Shown here: in pieces, positions 27,538-37,074 of the stretch | Numbering within the stretch: position 1 is the stretch's first letter | Layout of the letters: every line of letters starts with the position of its first letter | NCBI GenBank assembly: GCA_964631605.1 | Contig: CAZVYG010000005.1 | Coordinates: 39,858-103,857, forward strand | Source of the DNA: an uncultured Verrucomicrobiota bacterium | Lineage (GTDB): Bacteria > Verrucomicrobiota > Verrucomicrobiia > Limisphaerales > UBA8199 | Direction of reading: 5' to 3' | Length of the DNA: 64,000 nucleotides | Notes under the pieces: model-generated | What the model was told of the DNA's origin: nothing | The model's database searches: none | Seen by the model: only the letters and a program-made list of their open reading frames with translations | Made by a program: the position numbers and the translations under genes

Positions 27538-28656
27538 GTGATGCATGCAACTCCGCCAACTGCCGCGCCAGCCGCGGCTCGACCTCGGCCCAGCCCGGCT
27601 TGGCGCCGCGCCACCCGCCTTGCTCTGCCCGTTCTAGCCATGACCGCATCCGCGCTACCCTCTCTGTCACCCGCCCTGGACCTCCACTGGCAGCAACTGC
27701 CGCCCCTGCCGGACCCGGTGGGATTTGCTGGCTCCTATGCCGGCGCCAGCGGCAAGGCGCTGCTCGTCGCCGGCGGCGCCAATTTTCCCGACAAGATGCC
27801 CTGGGAAGGCGGCGCCAAAATGTGGCATGACGACGTCTTCGTCCTCGAACGGCCCGAGGGGCCGTGGAAAGCCGGCTTCAAGCTCCCGCTTCCCTCCGCT
27901 TACGGAATCTCCGTCACCGCCGAGGACAGTGTGGTCTGTATCGGCGGCAGCGACGCCAGCCGGCACCTGACCAACGTGTTCCGGCTGCAGTGGCGGCAGG
28001 GGAAGCTCGTCTGCCATAACCTCCCGCCTTTGCCGCTGGCGCTGGCCAATTCCTGCGGCGCGCTCGTGGGCCGCTCGGTTTACGTCGCCGGCGGCACCGA
28101 CGCTCCCGACGCCACCCGCGCGCTCAAGAAATTCCTGCGGCTTGATCTCTCCCGTGCCACCCCGCAGTGGGAGGAACTGACCCCCTGGCCGGGGCCGGCG
28201 CGGATGCTGGCCACCGCGGCGGCGGTGGACGGCTCATTTTTCGTGGTGGGCGGCGCCGACCTGGCGCCCGGTCCGGATGGACAGCCGGTACGTACCTACC
28301 TCAAGGATGCCTACTGTTTCACACCCGGCCGGGGCTGGCGGCGCGTGGCCGACATGCCCAATCCTGTCGTGGCCGCACCCAGCCCCGCCCCGGTGGTCCA
28401 CGGCCGCGGTTTCCTCGTCATCGGGGGCGATGACGGCAGCCTGGCCAACTTCCAGCCGCGCAGCCAGCACCCCGGTTTTCCCAATCGGGTCCTGCACTAC
28501 GATGCCGATCGGGACCAATGGACCATCGCGGGCGAGACCCCCGCCCCCCGGGCCACCCTGCCCACCGCCGCCTGGAACGGACTGCAGGTCATCCCCAGCG
28601 GCGAGGCCCGGCCGGGGGTGCGTTCGCCCGAAGTCTGGGCTCTCCGAGCCCGCTAA
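27538..28656 (+). CDS. nanM: Kelch-repeat N-acetylneuraminate epimerase/mutarotase (NanM/YjhT family)
   Basis: Matches NanM as I recall it: VGFAGSYAGASGKALLVAGGANF (E. coli GGFAGISNDSLIFAGGAGF) and the C-terminal IPSGEARPGVRS (E. coli INGEAKPGLRT). Repeated Kelch-like GG motifs: VCIGGSD, VYVAGGTD, FFVVGGAD, LVIGGDD. Start is GTG 27538 or ATG 27541. Confidence 0.75.
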   Translation: MMHATPPTAAPAAARPRPSPAWRRATRLALPVLAMTASALPSLSPALDLHWQQLPPLPDPVGFAGSYAGASGKALLVAGGANFPDKMPWEGGAKMWHDDVFVLERPEGPWKAGFKLPLPSAYGISVTAEDSVVCIGGSDASRHLTNVFRLQWRQGKLVCHNLPPLPLALANSCGALVGRSVYVAGGTDAPDATRALKKFLRLDLSRATPQWEELTPWPGPARMLATAAAVDGSFFVVGGADLAPGPDGQPVRTYLKDAYCFTPGRGWRRVADMPNPVVAAPSPAPVVHGRGFLVIGGDDGSLANFQPRSQHPGFPNRVLHYDADRDQWTIAGETPAPRATLPTAAWNGLQVIPSGEARPGVRSPEVWALRAR

Positions 28657-28675
28657 CCTCCGCCCGCGCTTCACC

Positions 28676-29929
28676 ATGGATAAATCGGCGCGCAATTCAG
28701 CCTCCGCCTACGCCTGGGCCGTCGTGGGGTTCCTCTGGGTGGTGGCCTGCCTGAACTACCTGGACCGCCTGATGATCACCTCGATGCGCGATGCCGTGAA
28801 GGCCGACATCGCAATGACCGAGGCCCAGTTCGGGTTGCTCACCTCGGTTTTCCTCTGGGTCTATGGCGCCCTCAGCCCCCTGGGCGGGTTCATGGCCGAC
28901 CGTTTCAGCCGCAAATGGGTGATCGTGGCAAGCCTCGGAGTCTGGTCCGCCGTCACTTGGATGACCGGCCATGTCCATAGCTTCGAAGCCATGTTTGTGG
29001 CCCGCGCCCTCATGGGCGTCAGCGAGGCGTGCTATATCCCGGCCGGCCTCGCCTTGATTGCGGATTATCATCGCGGCTCGACCCGCTCGAAGGCAACGGG
29101 CATCCACATGAGCGGCGTCTATGCCGGCGCCGCTCTCGGTGGCCTCGGCGGCTACATCGCCGAACACTTCGGCTGGCGCCAGGGCTTCACCTGGTTCGGG
29201 GTGGCGGGCATTTTTTACGCCGTGGTGCTTTTCTTCCTCCTGAAAGACCGCGAAGGCTCCCCAAACCCCGAGCCGGGAGCGGGCGCGGTTGCCGACGATG
29301 CGAACCAGGTCTCGGTCGGCAGCGCCCTTCGGGCGTTGTTTGGTCAGCCCTCCTTTTATGCCATCCTCGCCTACTTTTGTCTGTTCTCAGCCGCCAACTG
29401 GGGCATTAACGGCTGGCTCCCAACTTACCTCCGCGAACATTTCCATCTTGGACTCGGCAAAGCCGGCCTGTCGGCCACCGGCTACATCCAACTGGCCTCC
29501 TTCCTCGGTGTGCTGATCGGTGGGTTCTGGTCCGACCGCTGGGTGCGACGCAATCCCCGCGGTCGAGTCTATGTCCCCGCCATCGGCTTTTTTGCCGGCG
29601 GCCCGTTCCTCTTTCTGATGGCCAGCACCGAATCCTTTGCCCTGGCCATCCTGGGCATGGTGATTTACGGGCTGGGCCGCGGATTCTCCGACACCAACAC
29701 CATGCCCATCCTCTGCCAGGTCGTGGACAAACGCTATCGCGCCACCGGTTACGGTTTCATGAACATGTTTTCAACGTTTGTCGGCGGGGTCATGATCTAC
29801 GTCGGCGGCGCCCTCCGCGATGCGCAGGTGGACTTGTCCCGCGTCTTCCAGTTCTCCGCCATCGGGCTGGTGGTGGCGGCCCTGGCCCTGCTGCTGATCA
29901 GGCCAAACCGTGCCCGCGAGGAATCCTGA
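28676..29929 (+). CDS. MFS transporter (anion:cation symporter-like; candidate sialate / acidic-sugar importer)
   Basis: ATG at 28676 (MDKSARNS...). ACS-type N-terminus WVVACLNYLDRLMITS, then GGFMADRFSRKWV. About 12 hydrophobic segments. The track ORF start at 28277 overlaps the nanM-like gene out of frame and was rejected. Confidence 0.8.
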   Translation: MDKSARNSASAYAWAVVGFLWVVACLNYLDRLMITSMRDAVKADIAMTEAQFGLLTSVFLWVYGALSPLGGFMADRFSRKWVIVASLGVWSAVTWMTGHVHSFEAMFVARALMGVSEACYIPAGLALIADYHRGSTRSKATGIHMSGVYAGAALGGLGGYIAEHFGWRQGFTWFGVAGIFYAVVLFFLLKDREGSPNPEPGAGAVADDANQVSVGSALRALFGQPSFYAILAYFCLFSAANWGINGWLPTYLREHFHLGLGKAGLSATGYIQLASFLGVLIGGFWSDRWVRRNPRGRVYVPAIGFFAGGPFLFLMASTESFALAILGMVIYGLGRGFSDTNTMPILCQVVDKRYRATGYGFMNMFSTFVGGVMIYVGGALRDAQVDLSRVFQFSAIGLVVAALALLLIRPNRAREES

Positions 29930-30060
29930 TCCGGCCGACCTGAGGGCCTTCGCGGTCGCAAGGCCGGCCCGCAGGTCATTCCTTTCCTCCCATCGGATTG
30001 TCCCAAGCGCGTCCGGCGTCGGACAACTCCCGTCCGGCTGTTGAAGTTCTTTTCAGTGTT

Positions 30061-31323
30061 TCACTCGTAGCGCAAGGATTCGATGGGATCGAGGTTCGCG
30101 GCCTTGTAGGCGGGGTAGGTGCCAAACACAATCCCCACCAGCGAGCAGATGCCCAGGCCGATCAACACCCAGTCGAAGGGAATGGCCGGCGATAATTTGA
30201 GGAGGTAGGCGGTGGCATTGCCGCCGAGGATTCCCAGGACGACCCCCAGCAAGCCCCCCACTTGGCAGAGCACAATGGCTTCGAGGATGAACTGGGTCAT
30301 GATGTTGCGTTTCTTCGCCCCCACGGCCCGGCGAATGCCGATCTCGCGCGTGCGTTCGGTCACCGAAACCAGCATGATGTTCATGATGCCCACCCCCGCA
30401 GCCAGCAGGGCAATCGAACTGACCACCGCAATGCCGATGCGCACCGCCAGGGTGAAGGAGTTGAACTGGGCGATGATCGAGTCGTTGGAGAAAATCTCGA
30501 AATCATCCTCGGCGCCGGGCGGCACCTTGCGGATCACGCGCAGCGCGCCGCGCACCTGCTCGACGGTGTCGTCGTAGGCCTCCTGGCTCGGGGCCTGGAC
30601 CAGGAAACTCAGGCTCCGGCCCCAGCGCCCAAACCGGTTCAAACCGGTGGTGATCGGCACAATGACAAAGTTGTCCTGGTCTCCGCCGAGCGATCCCCCC
30701 TTGGGTTCAAGCACGCCGACGACGTTGTAGTTGATCCCGTTGATTTTGAGCCGCTCGCCAATGGCTGAAGCGTAAGGAAAGACGGTTTTGGCCAGGCCGC
30801 CGCCCAGCACGCACACGTCGCGGGCGTTCTCGATGTCCGCGTCCACCAGCAACCGGCCCTCGCCCAGCACCCAGTTGCGCGCACCGAAGCTGCCGGGGGT
30901 CTCGCCAAAGAGCGTGACGTTGGGCGCCGTGCGTTTGTAGCGGGACTCGATCTGCCCACCCCAGAAGGTCGTCTCCAGCCCCACACTGCTCGCCAGCGTG
31001 GCCCGCTCCTGCAACAGCAGCCCTTGCGCGAGGGTGAGGTCCTTGCGCCGCTGGTATTTCTCGAACCCCTCCGGTCCGCCGAAGTGCACCGCGGGCCATT
31101 TCTGGACCATGAACGTCTGGCTGCCGAGCTGGCTGATTTCGCGCTCGATGTCGCTCTGCATGACCCGCATGGCGGTCATGACGACGATGATCGAAAAAAC
31201 GCCCACCAACACCCCCAGCAGGGTGAGCGCCGACCGCAGCTTGTGCGCCGCCAGCGCGGCCATGGCCATGGCGAAACTCTCGCGCAGCTCGGCCCACAGG
31301 ATGGTTAACGGTTTAAAGGGCAT
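30061..31323 (-). CDS. ABC transporter permease, MacB/FtsX family
   Basis: N-terminal TM (LRSALTLLGVLVGVFSIIVVM), a large periplasmic domain, and a C-terminal FtsX-type 3-TM bundle (REIGIRRAVGAKKRNIMTQFILEA). Confidence 0.85.
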   Translation of the reverse strand: MPFKPLTILWAELRESFAMAMAALAAHKLRSALTLLGVLVGVFSIIVVMTAMRVMQSDIEREISQLGSQTFMVQKWPAVHFGGPEGFEKYQRRKDLTLAQGLLLQERATLASSVGLETTFWGGQIESRYKRTAPNVTLFGETPGSFGARNWVLGEGRLLVDADIENARDVCVLGGGLAKTVFPYASAIGERLKINGINYNVVGVLEPKGGSLGGDQDNFVIVPITTGLNRFGRWGRSLSFLVQAPSQEAYDDTVEQVRGALRVIRKVPPGAEDDFEIFSNDSIIAQFNSFTLAVRIGIAVVSSIALLAAGVGIMNIMLVSVTERTREIGIRRAVGAKKRNIMTQFILEAIVLCQVGGLLGVVLGILGGNATAYLLKLSPAIPFDWVLIGLGICSLVGIVFGTYPAYKAANLDPIESLRYE

Positions 31324-31347
31324 GGGCGATTGGAAAAGCGGCGTCCA

Positions 31348-32577
31348 TCATTCGTTTCTCAGCGCATCCACCGGGTTCATGCGCGCGGCCCGCCACGCCG
31401 GAAAGAAGCCCGCCGCCACGCCCGTCACCAGCGACACCAGCAACGCGATGCCCACAATCGAGAGTGACAGGGCGGCCGGGAGGAACTTCTGCATCACCAG
31501 CGTCAGCGGCCAGGCGATGGCCAGCCCCACCAGCCCGCCCAGCAGACAGATGCCAGCCGATTCGATCAGGAACTGGATGAGAATGGTGCGCCGCTTGGCG
31601 CCAATGGCTTTGCGAATGCCAATCTCGCGGGTCCGCTCGGCGACCGAGACAAACATGATGTTCATGATCCCGATGCCGCCGACAAACAAGGACAACCCGG
31701 TGATGAACAACCCCACCGCGGCGATGGTTCCCGCCACGCGGTAAAACAGGGTGAGAAACTGCTGCTGCTGGTTGATGGCGAAATCATCCGGCTCGGAAGG
31801 GGCCAGGCGCCGGACCTTGCGCATCACGCTGCGGACTTCCTCCTTCGCCTCCTCCAACTGTGCGAGGTCCCTGACCTTGATCTGCAATTCGTAATCGGGA
31901 CGGCTCCGGAAGCCGGCGGCGAATTGCTGGAGGGGAATGATGACCTGGTTGTCGAGGCTGATGGCGCCGAGGAAAGAGCCTTGCTTGTCCAGCACGCCGA
32001 CCACCTCGAAGTTCTGCTGGCCGATGGTAACGCGCCGGCCCAGGGGCGATTCGCGCTGAAACAGGTTCGTGGCCACCTCCGAACCGATCACACACACCGG
32101 CCGGCCGCCGTCCACTTCGCCGGCGGTCATAAACCGGCCCTGGGCGATGCCCATGGCGCTGGTGTGGAGGAACTGGTCGGTGGTCCCGATGAGCATCACC
32201 TGGTTGGCGCGCCGGTTCTTGTAGCGGACCGGCGCCATGGTGCCGGTGGTCGGCGCCAGCGCCCGGGCCATGGTCAATTGCTTTTCAACCGCTTTAATCT
32301 GTGCCAGGGTGATGCCGCGGCGTTTCTGAACCCGCAGCCATTCCTCGTGGGAATTGATGAACCAGCTCGCGCGCTGCACGTACAGCACATCCGCCCCGAT
32401 AAACGAAATGCTCTTGAGAAAGGCGCGGTTCAGGCCCTCGATCGCCGTGCCCATCAGCGTGACTGTCACAATCCCTATCACGATGCCCAGGGTGGTCAGC
32501 ACCGACCGCATCTTGTTGGCGCGGATGGCCGCCCACGAAATGCCCAGCCCTTCCCGCAGCTCAGATAACAGGTTCAT
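31348..32577 (-). CDS. ABC transporter permease, MacB/FtsX family (second paralog)
   Basis: Same architecture as 30061..31323: [17 protein letters not shown]; [24 protein letters not shown]. Confidence 0.85.
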   Translation of the reverse strand: MNLLSELREGLGISWAAIRANKMRSVLTTLGIVIGIVTVTLMGTAIEGLNRAFLKSISFIGADVLYVQRASWFINSHEEWLRVQKRRGITLAQIKAVEKQLTMARALAPTTGTMAPVRYKNRRANQVMLIGTTDQFLHTSAMGIAQGRFMTAGEVDGGRPVCVIGSEVATNLFQRESPLGRRVTIGQQNFEVVGVLDKQGSFLGAISLDNQVIIPLQQFAAGFRSRPDYELQIKVRDLAQLEEAKEEVRSVMRKVRRLAPSEPDDFAINQQQQFLTLFYRVAGTIAAVGLFITGLSLFVGGIGIMNIMFVSVAERTREIGIRKAIGAKRRTILIQFLIESAGICLLGGLVGLAIAWPLTLVMQKFLPAALSLSIVGIALLVSLVTGVAAGFFPAWRAARMNPVDALRNE

Positions 32578-33295
32578 GGCTGGCCGGTTCCGGCGGGACG
32601 CGGTCCGCCCCGGGCGGGCGGGCGGGTTCGTCGCTGGCGATCAGGCCGTCGCGAATACGGATGATGCGACGGGCATGGCGGGCGACGTCTTCCTCGTGCG
32701 TCACCACGATGATGGTGTTGCCGCGGCCGGCCAGCTCATCAAACAGCGTGAGAATCTCCGCGCCGGTCTTGCTGTCCAGGTTGCCGGTCGGCTCGTCCGC
32801 CAGCAAAATCGAGGGACGGTTCACCAGCGCGCGGGCCACCGCCACCCGCTGGCGCTGCCCGCCGGACAGTTCGTTGGGCTTGTGATGAATCCGGTCGGCC
32901 AGGCCCACGCTGCTGAGCGCCTCCAACGCTATCTGCCGCCGTTTCTCAGCCGGCACGCCGGCGTAGATGAGCGGCAGCTCGACGTTCCGCAGCGCGTCCG
33001 ACCGCGGCAGCAGGTTGAAGGTTTGGAAGATGAAGCCGATCTCCTTGTTGCGGATTTCGGCCAACTGATTGTCATCCATCTGGCCGACCTGCACGCCGTT
33101 GAGTTCGTAACTGCCGGACGTGGGCGTGTCCAGGCAGCCGATCAGGTTCATCAGCGTGGATTTGCCCGAGCCGGACGGCCCCATGATCGCGACATACTCC
33201 CCCCGCCCAATCGCCAGCGAGACCTCCCGCAAGGCGTGGATGGTCTCCGACCCCATTTGGTATAGGCGCGAGAGTTTTTCCAGACGGATCAACAT
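32561..33295 (-). CDS. ABC transporter ATP-binding protein (MacB/LolD-type)
   Basis: Walker [11 protein letters not shown]-loop, signature [15 protein letters not shown], Walker [13 protein letters not shown]. Overlaps the permease start by 17 nt. Confidence 0.92.
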   Translation of the reverse strand: MLIRLEKLSRLYQMGSETIHALREVSLAIGRGEYVAIMGPSGSGKSTLMNLIGCLDTPTSGSYELNGVQVGQMDDNQLAEIRNKEIGFIFQTFNLLPRSDALRNVELPLIYAGVPAEKRRQIALEALSSVGLADRIHHKPNELSGGQRQRVAVARALVNRPSILLADEPTGNLDSKTGAEILTLFDELAGRGNTIIVVTHEEDVARHARRIIRIRDGLIASDEPARPPGADRVPPEPASHEPVI

Positions 33296-33340
33296 GGCGT
33301 GGTCACAGGCGCCGGGCCGGGCCCGGGCGCGGCTCGCGGT

Positions 33341-34708
33341 TCATTTCCCCTTTTCGTCCGCGCCTTCCTTGCCTTCGGCCTTCTCGCCGACCGGCGGGCC
33401 GATCCGCACCCGCTTCCCATCCTCCAAATCCCGGCTCACGGCCCGGTATCCGCCCGAGATCACTTCCTGGCCTTCCTCGAGCCCTTCGATGATTTCCCAG
33501 TAATCATCGTCGCTGATCCCGATTTTCACGGGCACCATCTTCGCCACGTCGCCCTGCTTGAGAAAGACTACTTCAATCGGTTTGACGGCGTCCTTGGTTT
33601 TCTTATCCGGCCTGGCGGGGCTGTTGGTGGAAGGGGAGTTGGTTTTGGCGTCGGCCGCGCCGGCGTTGGGGGTGGAGGAGGCGTTGGTGGCGGCCGAAGG
33701 ATTGCCTTTGGTTTCCTTCGGCTTGGGCAGGCGGGTGGTCACACTGGCAATGGGCACGCTCAACACATTGGTCCGCGACCGGGTTTCGATCTCCGCCGTG
33801 ACGGACATCCCGGGGCGGAAGGCCTCTTTTTCCTTGATGCGAATTTTGACTTCAAACTTGGTGGCTTCCTGCTGGTTGCTGCTGTAGGGCGAGCTTTTGG
33901 AGGAGTTGGCGATTTCGGTGACCGTGCCGGTGAACTTGCGGTTCTTGAAGGCGTCCACTTCGAGCTGGACGTTCTGGCCGGGGGCGATCAGGACGACGTC
34001 AATCTCGCCAATCTCGACCCGCGCCTCCATTTCGTTGAGGTCGGCAATGGTCATGATTTCCGTGCCGACGTTCTGGACCGTGCCAAGCACGCGCTCGCCC
34101 AGTTGCGAGTTGAGTTTGCTCACGGTGCCGCTGAGCGGCGCGACGATGGTGGTTTTGGCCAGTTGCTCCTCGGCGCTGGCAAGCGAAGCGCGCGCCATCT
34201 CGACCTGGTGGGTGGAATTGGTCAGTTGCGCGCTGGCGACGGCATGCGCCGCTTTCGCCTCGTCGTAAACGGAGGCCGAAACCAGTTTTTGCTGGAACAG
34301 CTCGGTCACCCGCCGGAACTCGGCGTCGGCTTTCTGCAGGTTGGCCTCGGCGGTGGCGCGGCTGGCCAGGGAGGATTTGTACGCCGCCTCGGCCTGGTTC
34401 CGGTTGGCGATGTAGAAATCGGGTTTGATTTTGACGATGAGCTGGCCCTTGGTGACCGCCTGGCCTTCTTTCACCGGCAGTTCGATGATTTCGCCGCTGA
34501 CCTCCGGGCTGATCTTGACCTGCACCACCGGCTGAATCTTGCCGTTGGCCACGACGACCTCGGTGAGATTGCGCCGCGCGACTTTCTCCGTCTGCACGGT
34601 GATCACCACGTCCCGCTTCTTCAGAAACGCCACCGCCGCCAGCGCGCCCACGCCCAGCGCGATGACGGAGAACACCAGAATCTTTCTGCCAGTCTTGGAT
34701 TTCGCCAT
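33341..34708 (-). CDS. Efflux periplasmic adaptor (membrane fusion protein, HlyD/MacA family)
   Basis: N-terminal anchor ILVFSVIALGVGALAAVAF. Lipoyl/barrel motifs: ANGKIQPVVQVKISPEVSGEIIELPVKEGQAVTKGQLIVKI. Coiled-coil hairpin, then IVAPLSGTVS. Confidence 0.88.
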   Translation of the reverse strand: MAKSKTGRKILVFSVIALGVGALAAVAFLKKRDVVITVQTEKVARRNLTEVVVANGKIQPVVQVKISPEVSGEIIELPVKEGQAVTKGQLIVKIKPDFYIANRNQAEAAYKSSLASRATAEANLQKADAEFRRVTELFQQKLVSASVYDEAKAAHAVASAQLTNSTHQVEMARASLASAEEQLAKTTIVAPLSGTVSKLNSQLGERVLGTVQNVGTEIMTIADLNEMEARVEIGEIDVVLIAPGQNVQLEVDAFKNRKFTGTVTEIANSSKSSPYSSNQQEATKFEVKIRIKEKEAFRPGMSVTAEIETRSRTNVLSVPIASVTTRLPKPKETKGNPSAATNASSTPNAGAADAKTNSPSTNSPARPDKKTKDAVKPIEVVFLKQGDVAKMVPVKIGISDDDYWEIIEGLEEGQEVISGGYRAVSRDLEDGKRVRIGPPVGEKAEGKEGADEKGK

Positions 34709-34833
34709 GTCCGCTAAATCAATATGACACGCCTGCGTCTGTTTTGTTTCACGTTTTTCCGGCGCTCCGGAATGCCGCGGCGTCCGCGCCTCGCCGTTTC
34801 CTCTCCCGTTTTGAGTTCTCCCGCGCGGTTTGA

Positions 34834-35625
34834 CTATCGTTTGAAAATGGCCTGCATCGCGAAGCCCAGCCCCACCATCGAGACGCTATAAAGGAGCCAG
34901 ATGCCAAACACCCACGCCGCCGCCCGGGCGAAAGAAACGGCCGCCAGGCGCGCCAGCCCCGCCGCGCGGACCGCCAGCAGCCACCAAACCAGCACGTTGG
35001 TCAGAGGCAGCAACCCGTGAACCGGGTTCTGGGGATCGTAGTTCCGGACCAACAGCACCAGGCTCGGGCTGGCAAACAGGTTGCCGGTCACCAGAATCAA
35101 CAGCGTGCGCACCACGGTCTCCAATACCCCGATCATCGCCGCCAGCCCGACCACTTCGACCGCTTTCATGAACGGAAACTCTCGTTTGAACACGTTCCTG
35201 CCCACCAGCCAAAGGACCAAACCCCAGAGAAAAGGAACGGCAAAGGCCAGCCCGGCGGGCGCCGCGTAAGCGCTGATTTTCGCCCCGAGCAGCCCCCATT
35301 TCTCCGCCACATTCCGAACCTGTTCGGCCTGCGCTTCGGACATCTTCTGCTGTGCGATTTGCTTTTCGATCGCCTGGGACGTGATCTCAGAGAGCTGCTG
35401 CTGGATTGCCGGCTGCGAAAAAATCAGCCAGGTTCCGATCCAGCCCACGACGATCAATACCAACGCCGGCACCAGCCAGTTCGCCACGGTCGGACTGCTG
35501 TGGGCGACATCATCCATCACTTCCCCGGGGGTCGCAAAGATGTTGAAAAGCCGGGACGCCAGCGACATTCGAGCCGGAGCCGCGGCGCCGGCGTCCGGTG
35601 CCTGGACAGGGGGCGGTTGGTTCAT
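34834..35625 (-). CDS. Yip1-domain integral membrane protein
   Basis: N-terminal FNIFATPGEVMDDV followed by about 5 TM helices. First gene of the efflux operon. The family call is from overall pattern only. Confidence 0.6.
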   Translation of the reverse strand: MNQPPPVQAPDAGAAAPARMSLASRLFNIFATPGEVMDDVAHSSPTVANWLVPALVLIVVGWIGTWLIFSQPAIQQQLSEITSQAIEKQIAQQKMSEAQAEQVRNVAEKWGLLGAKISAYAAPAGLAFAVPFLWGLVLWLVGRNVFKREFPFMKAVEVVGLAAMIGVLETVVRTLLILVTGNLFASPSLVLLVRNYDPQNPVHGLLPLTNVLVWWLLAVRAAGLARLAAVSFARAAAWVFGIWLLYSVSMVGLGFAMQAIFKR

Positions 35626-36183
35626 ATATTTCCTGCGGCGCGCTTGCCTGCCTCAAACGAATAAACCACGCCCTTCCGGCTCCAACAGCGTCGGCCCGAG
35701 CGTGGCCTCAATCCTGAAGCAGGCGCCTGGAAAGACCTGTATGGGCTACCTGCGACATAAAGCAAGCCATAACATTTTCGTGCATTGTCCCAGGACGCCT
35801 TTCCTTCCCGTTGGTTTCCAGGAAAGCGCCGTCGCAGCCGGCCGCCGGCTTCACTCCGTCGAGGGAAGCCCGCCGGTTTGCCCGCCGTCGTCAGATTCTC
35901 CAGCCCTTTGATTCCGCGGTTTCAGCCGGCCGCCCCCCCACCCCTGACCCGGCGGGAAGTTGATGATTCTGGGCGGTTTTGACATTGTCTTTATGAGCCA
36001 TTGAGCGATCATGTTAGGGATTAGAAATAGCCCTGTGTCTGCATGCTGATACGTCTGGCGGCCGGCTTGGATGCGGCGCCGTGGACGGGGGCGGGGTGCA
36101 ACGTCGTGAGAATTAACGACGCCGGAAGGGCTGGACAAAAAGCGGGCATGGATGTTAGGTTTAATTAACTAAGCTAACTAAAT

Positions 36184-37020
36184 ATGACCACGAACCTATT
36201 CGTCGCGCGGCGGCGGGCGTTTACCCTGATCGAATTGCTCGTCGTGATAGCCATCATTGCGATCCTGGCGGCCATGTTGCTGCCGGCCCTCAGTTCGGCC
36301 AAGGAACGGGCGATGCGGACCCGGTGCGCCAGCAACCTGCGCCAGGTAGGCATCGGGGCGCATCTCTACGCCAACGACAGCAACGACATCCTGCCGCAAC
36401 GGAGCTGGCCCGTGGGGCAGAATCCCTGGCAGACTTATGAGGCGTGCCGTGTGAATGCGGGTACGAGCACGATCATCCGCGGCCCTTACAACCTCGGGCT
36501 GCTGTTCTTCTCGAAGGCGGTCGAGAATCCCGAGGTGTTCTATTGCCCCAGCGGCAGCAAGGTCTCCAGGAACTGGACCTATGCCTATTACAGCACCAGC
36601 CCCAACCGGTGGCCCTCGACCCCTGCGGACAGCGGGGACGACAACGTCCGGACCGGATACAACTATTACCCGCAGCCGCCAGAGCTCGAGCGCGTGCAGG
36701 GTTATTTTGTGCCCGTGCTGACCTACGGCTCCTACGTTGATAGTGTGGGAAACAAGCTGACCGAGCCTGTGCCTTTGAAGGTCTCCCAAGCCGACCCGAA
36801 ACGGACGATGTCAACGGATTTGCTGCACACGCTGGACAACATTCCGCACAAGACCACCGGAGGAAATGCCGGGGTGAACGCCCTCTTTACGGATGCCCAC
36901 GTCCGGTTTCAGACCGTCCGGGCCAATCCCCAGGCTTTCAGCACAGTTCTGTGGGCCGACCCCGGCCCGGGAGGCTCGCCGCTGAATTTCCGCCGCATCC
37001 TGACCTATTTCCAGCCGTGA
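36184..37020 (+). CDS. Prepilin-type N-terminal cleavage/methylation domain protein (pseudopilin-like, H-X9-DG-like C-terminus)
   Basis: RRRA|[43 protein letters not shown]-terminal motif: [21 protein letters not shown]. An AT-rich stretch (ttaattaactaagctaactaaat) lies directly upstream. Confidence 0.9.
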   Translation: MTTNLFVARRRAFTLIELLVVIAIIAILAAMLLPALSSAKERAMRTRCASNLRQVGIGAHLYANDSNDILPQRSWPVGQNPWQTYEACRVNAGTSTIIRGPYNLGLLFFSKAVENPEVFYCPSGSKVSRNWTYAYYSTSPNRWPSTPADSGDDNVRTGYNYYPQPPELERVQGYFVPVLTYGSYVDSVGNKLTEPVPLKVSQADPKRTMSTDLLHTLDNIPHKTTGGNAGVNALFTDAHVRFQTVRANPQAFSTVLWADPGPGGSPLNFRRILTYFQP

Positions 37021-37074
37021 CGCTTTTGCAACAACAAGAACCCTGCTCAGATTAACCATCAACAACCGAATCCA

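Noticed and set aside
27012-27670. Minus-strand ORFs (141 aa and 147 aa) and small + strand ORFs in the 27041..27537 intergenic region
   Set aside because: No start context, motif or family resemblance that I can defend. One ORF overlaps the nanM-like start, and part of its apparent similarity to ORF 23435..23644 comes from reading through the 68-nt direct repeat. A decayed gene fragment cannot be excluded, but I cannot support one.
35626-36183. Long intergenic regions (35626..36183 and 55935..56495), checked for tRNA, sRNA or riboswitch genes
   Set aside because: I found no cloverleaf-compatible sequence or recognisable riboswitch core by eye, only weak hairpins. A structured leader remains possible but I cannot support one without covariance analysis.
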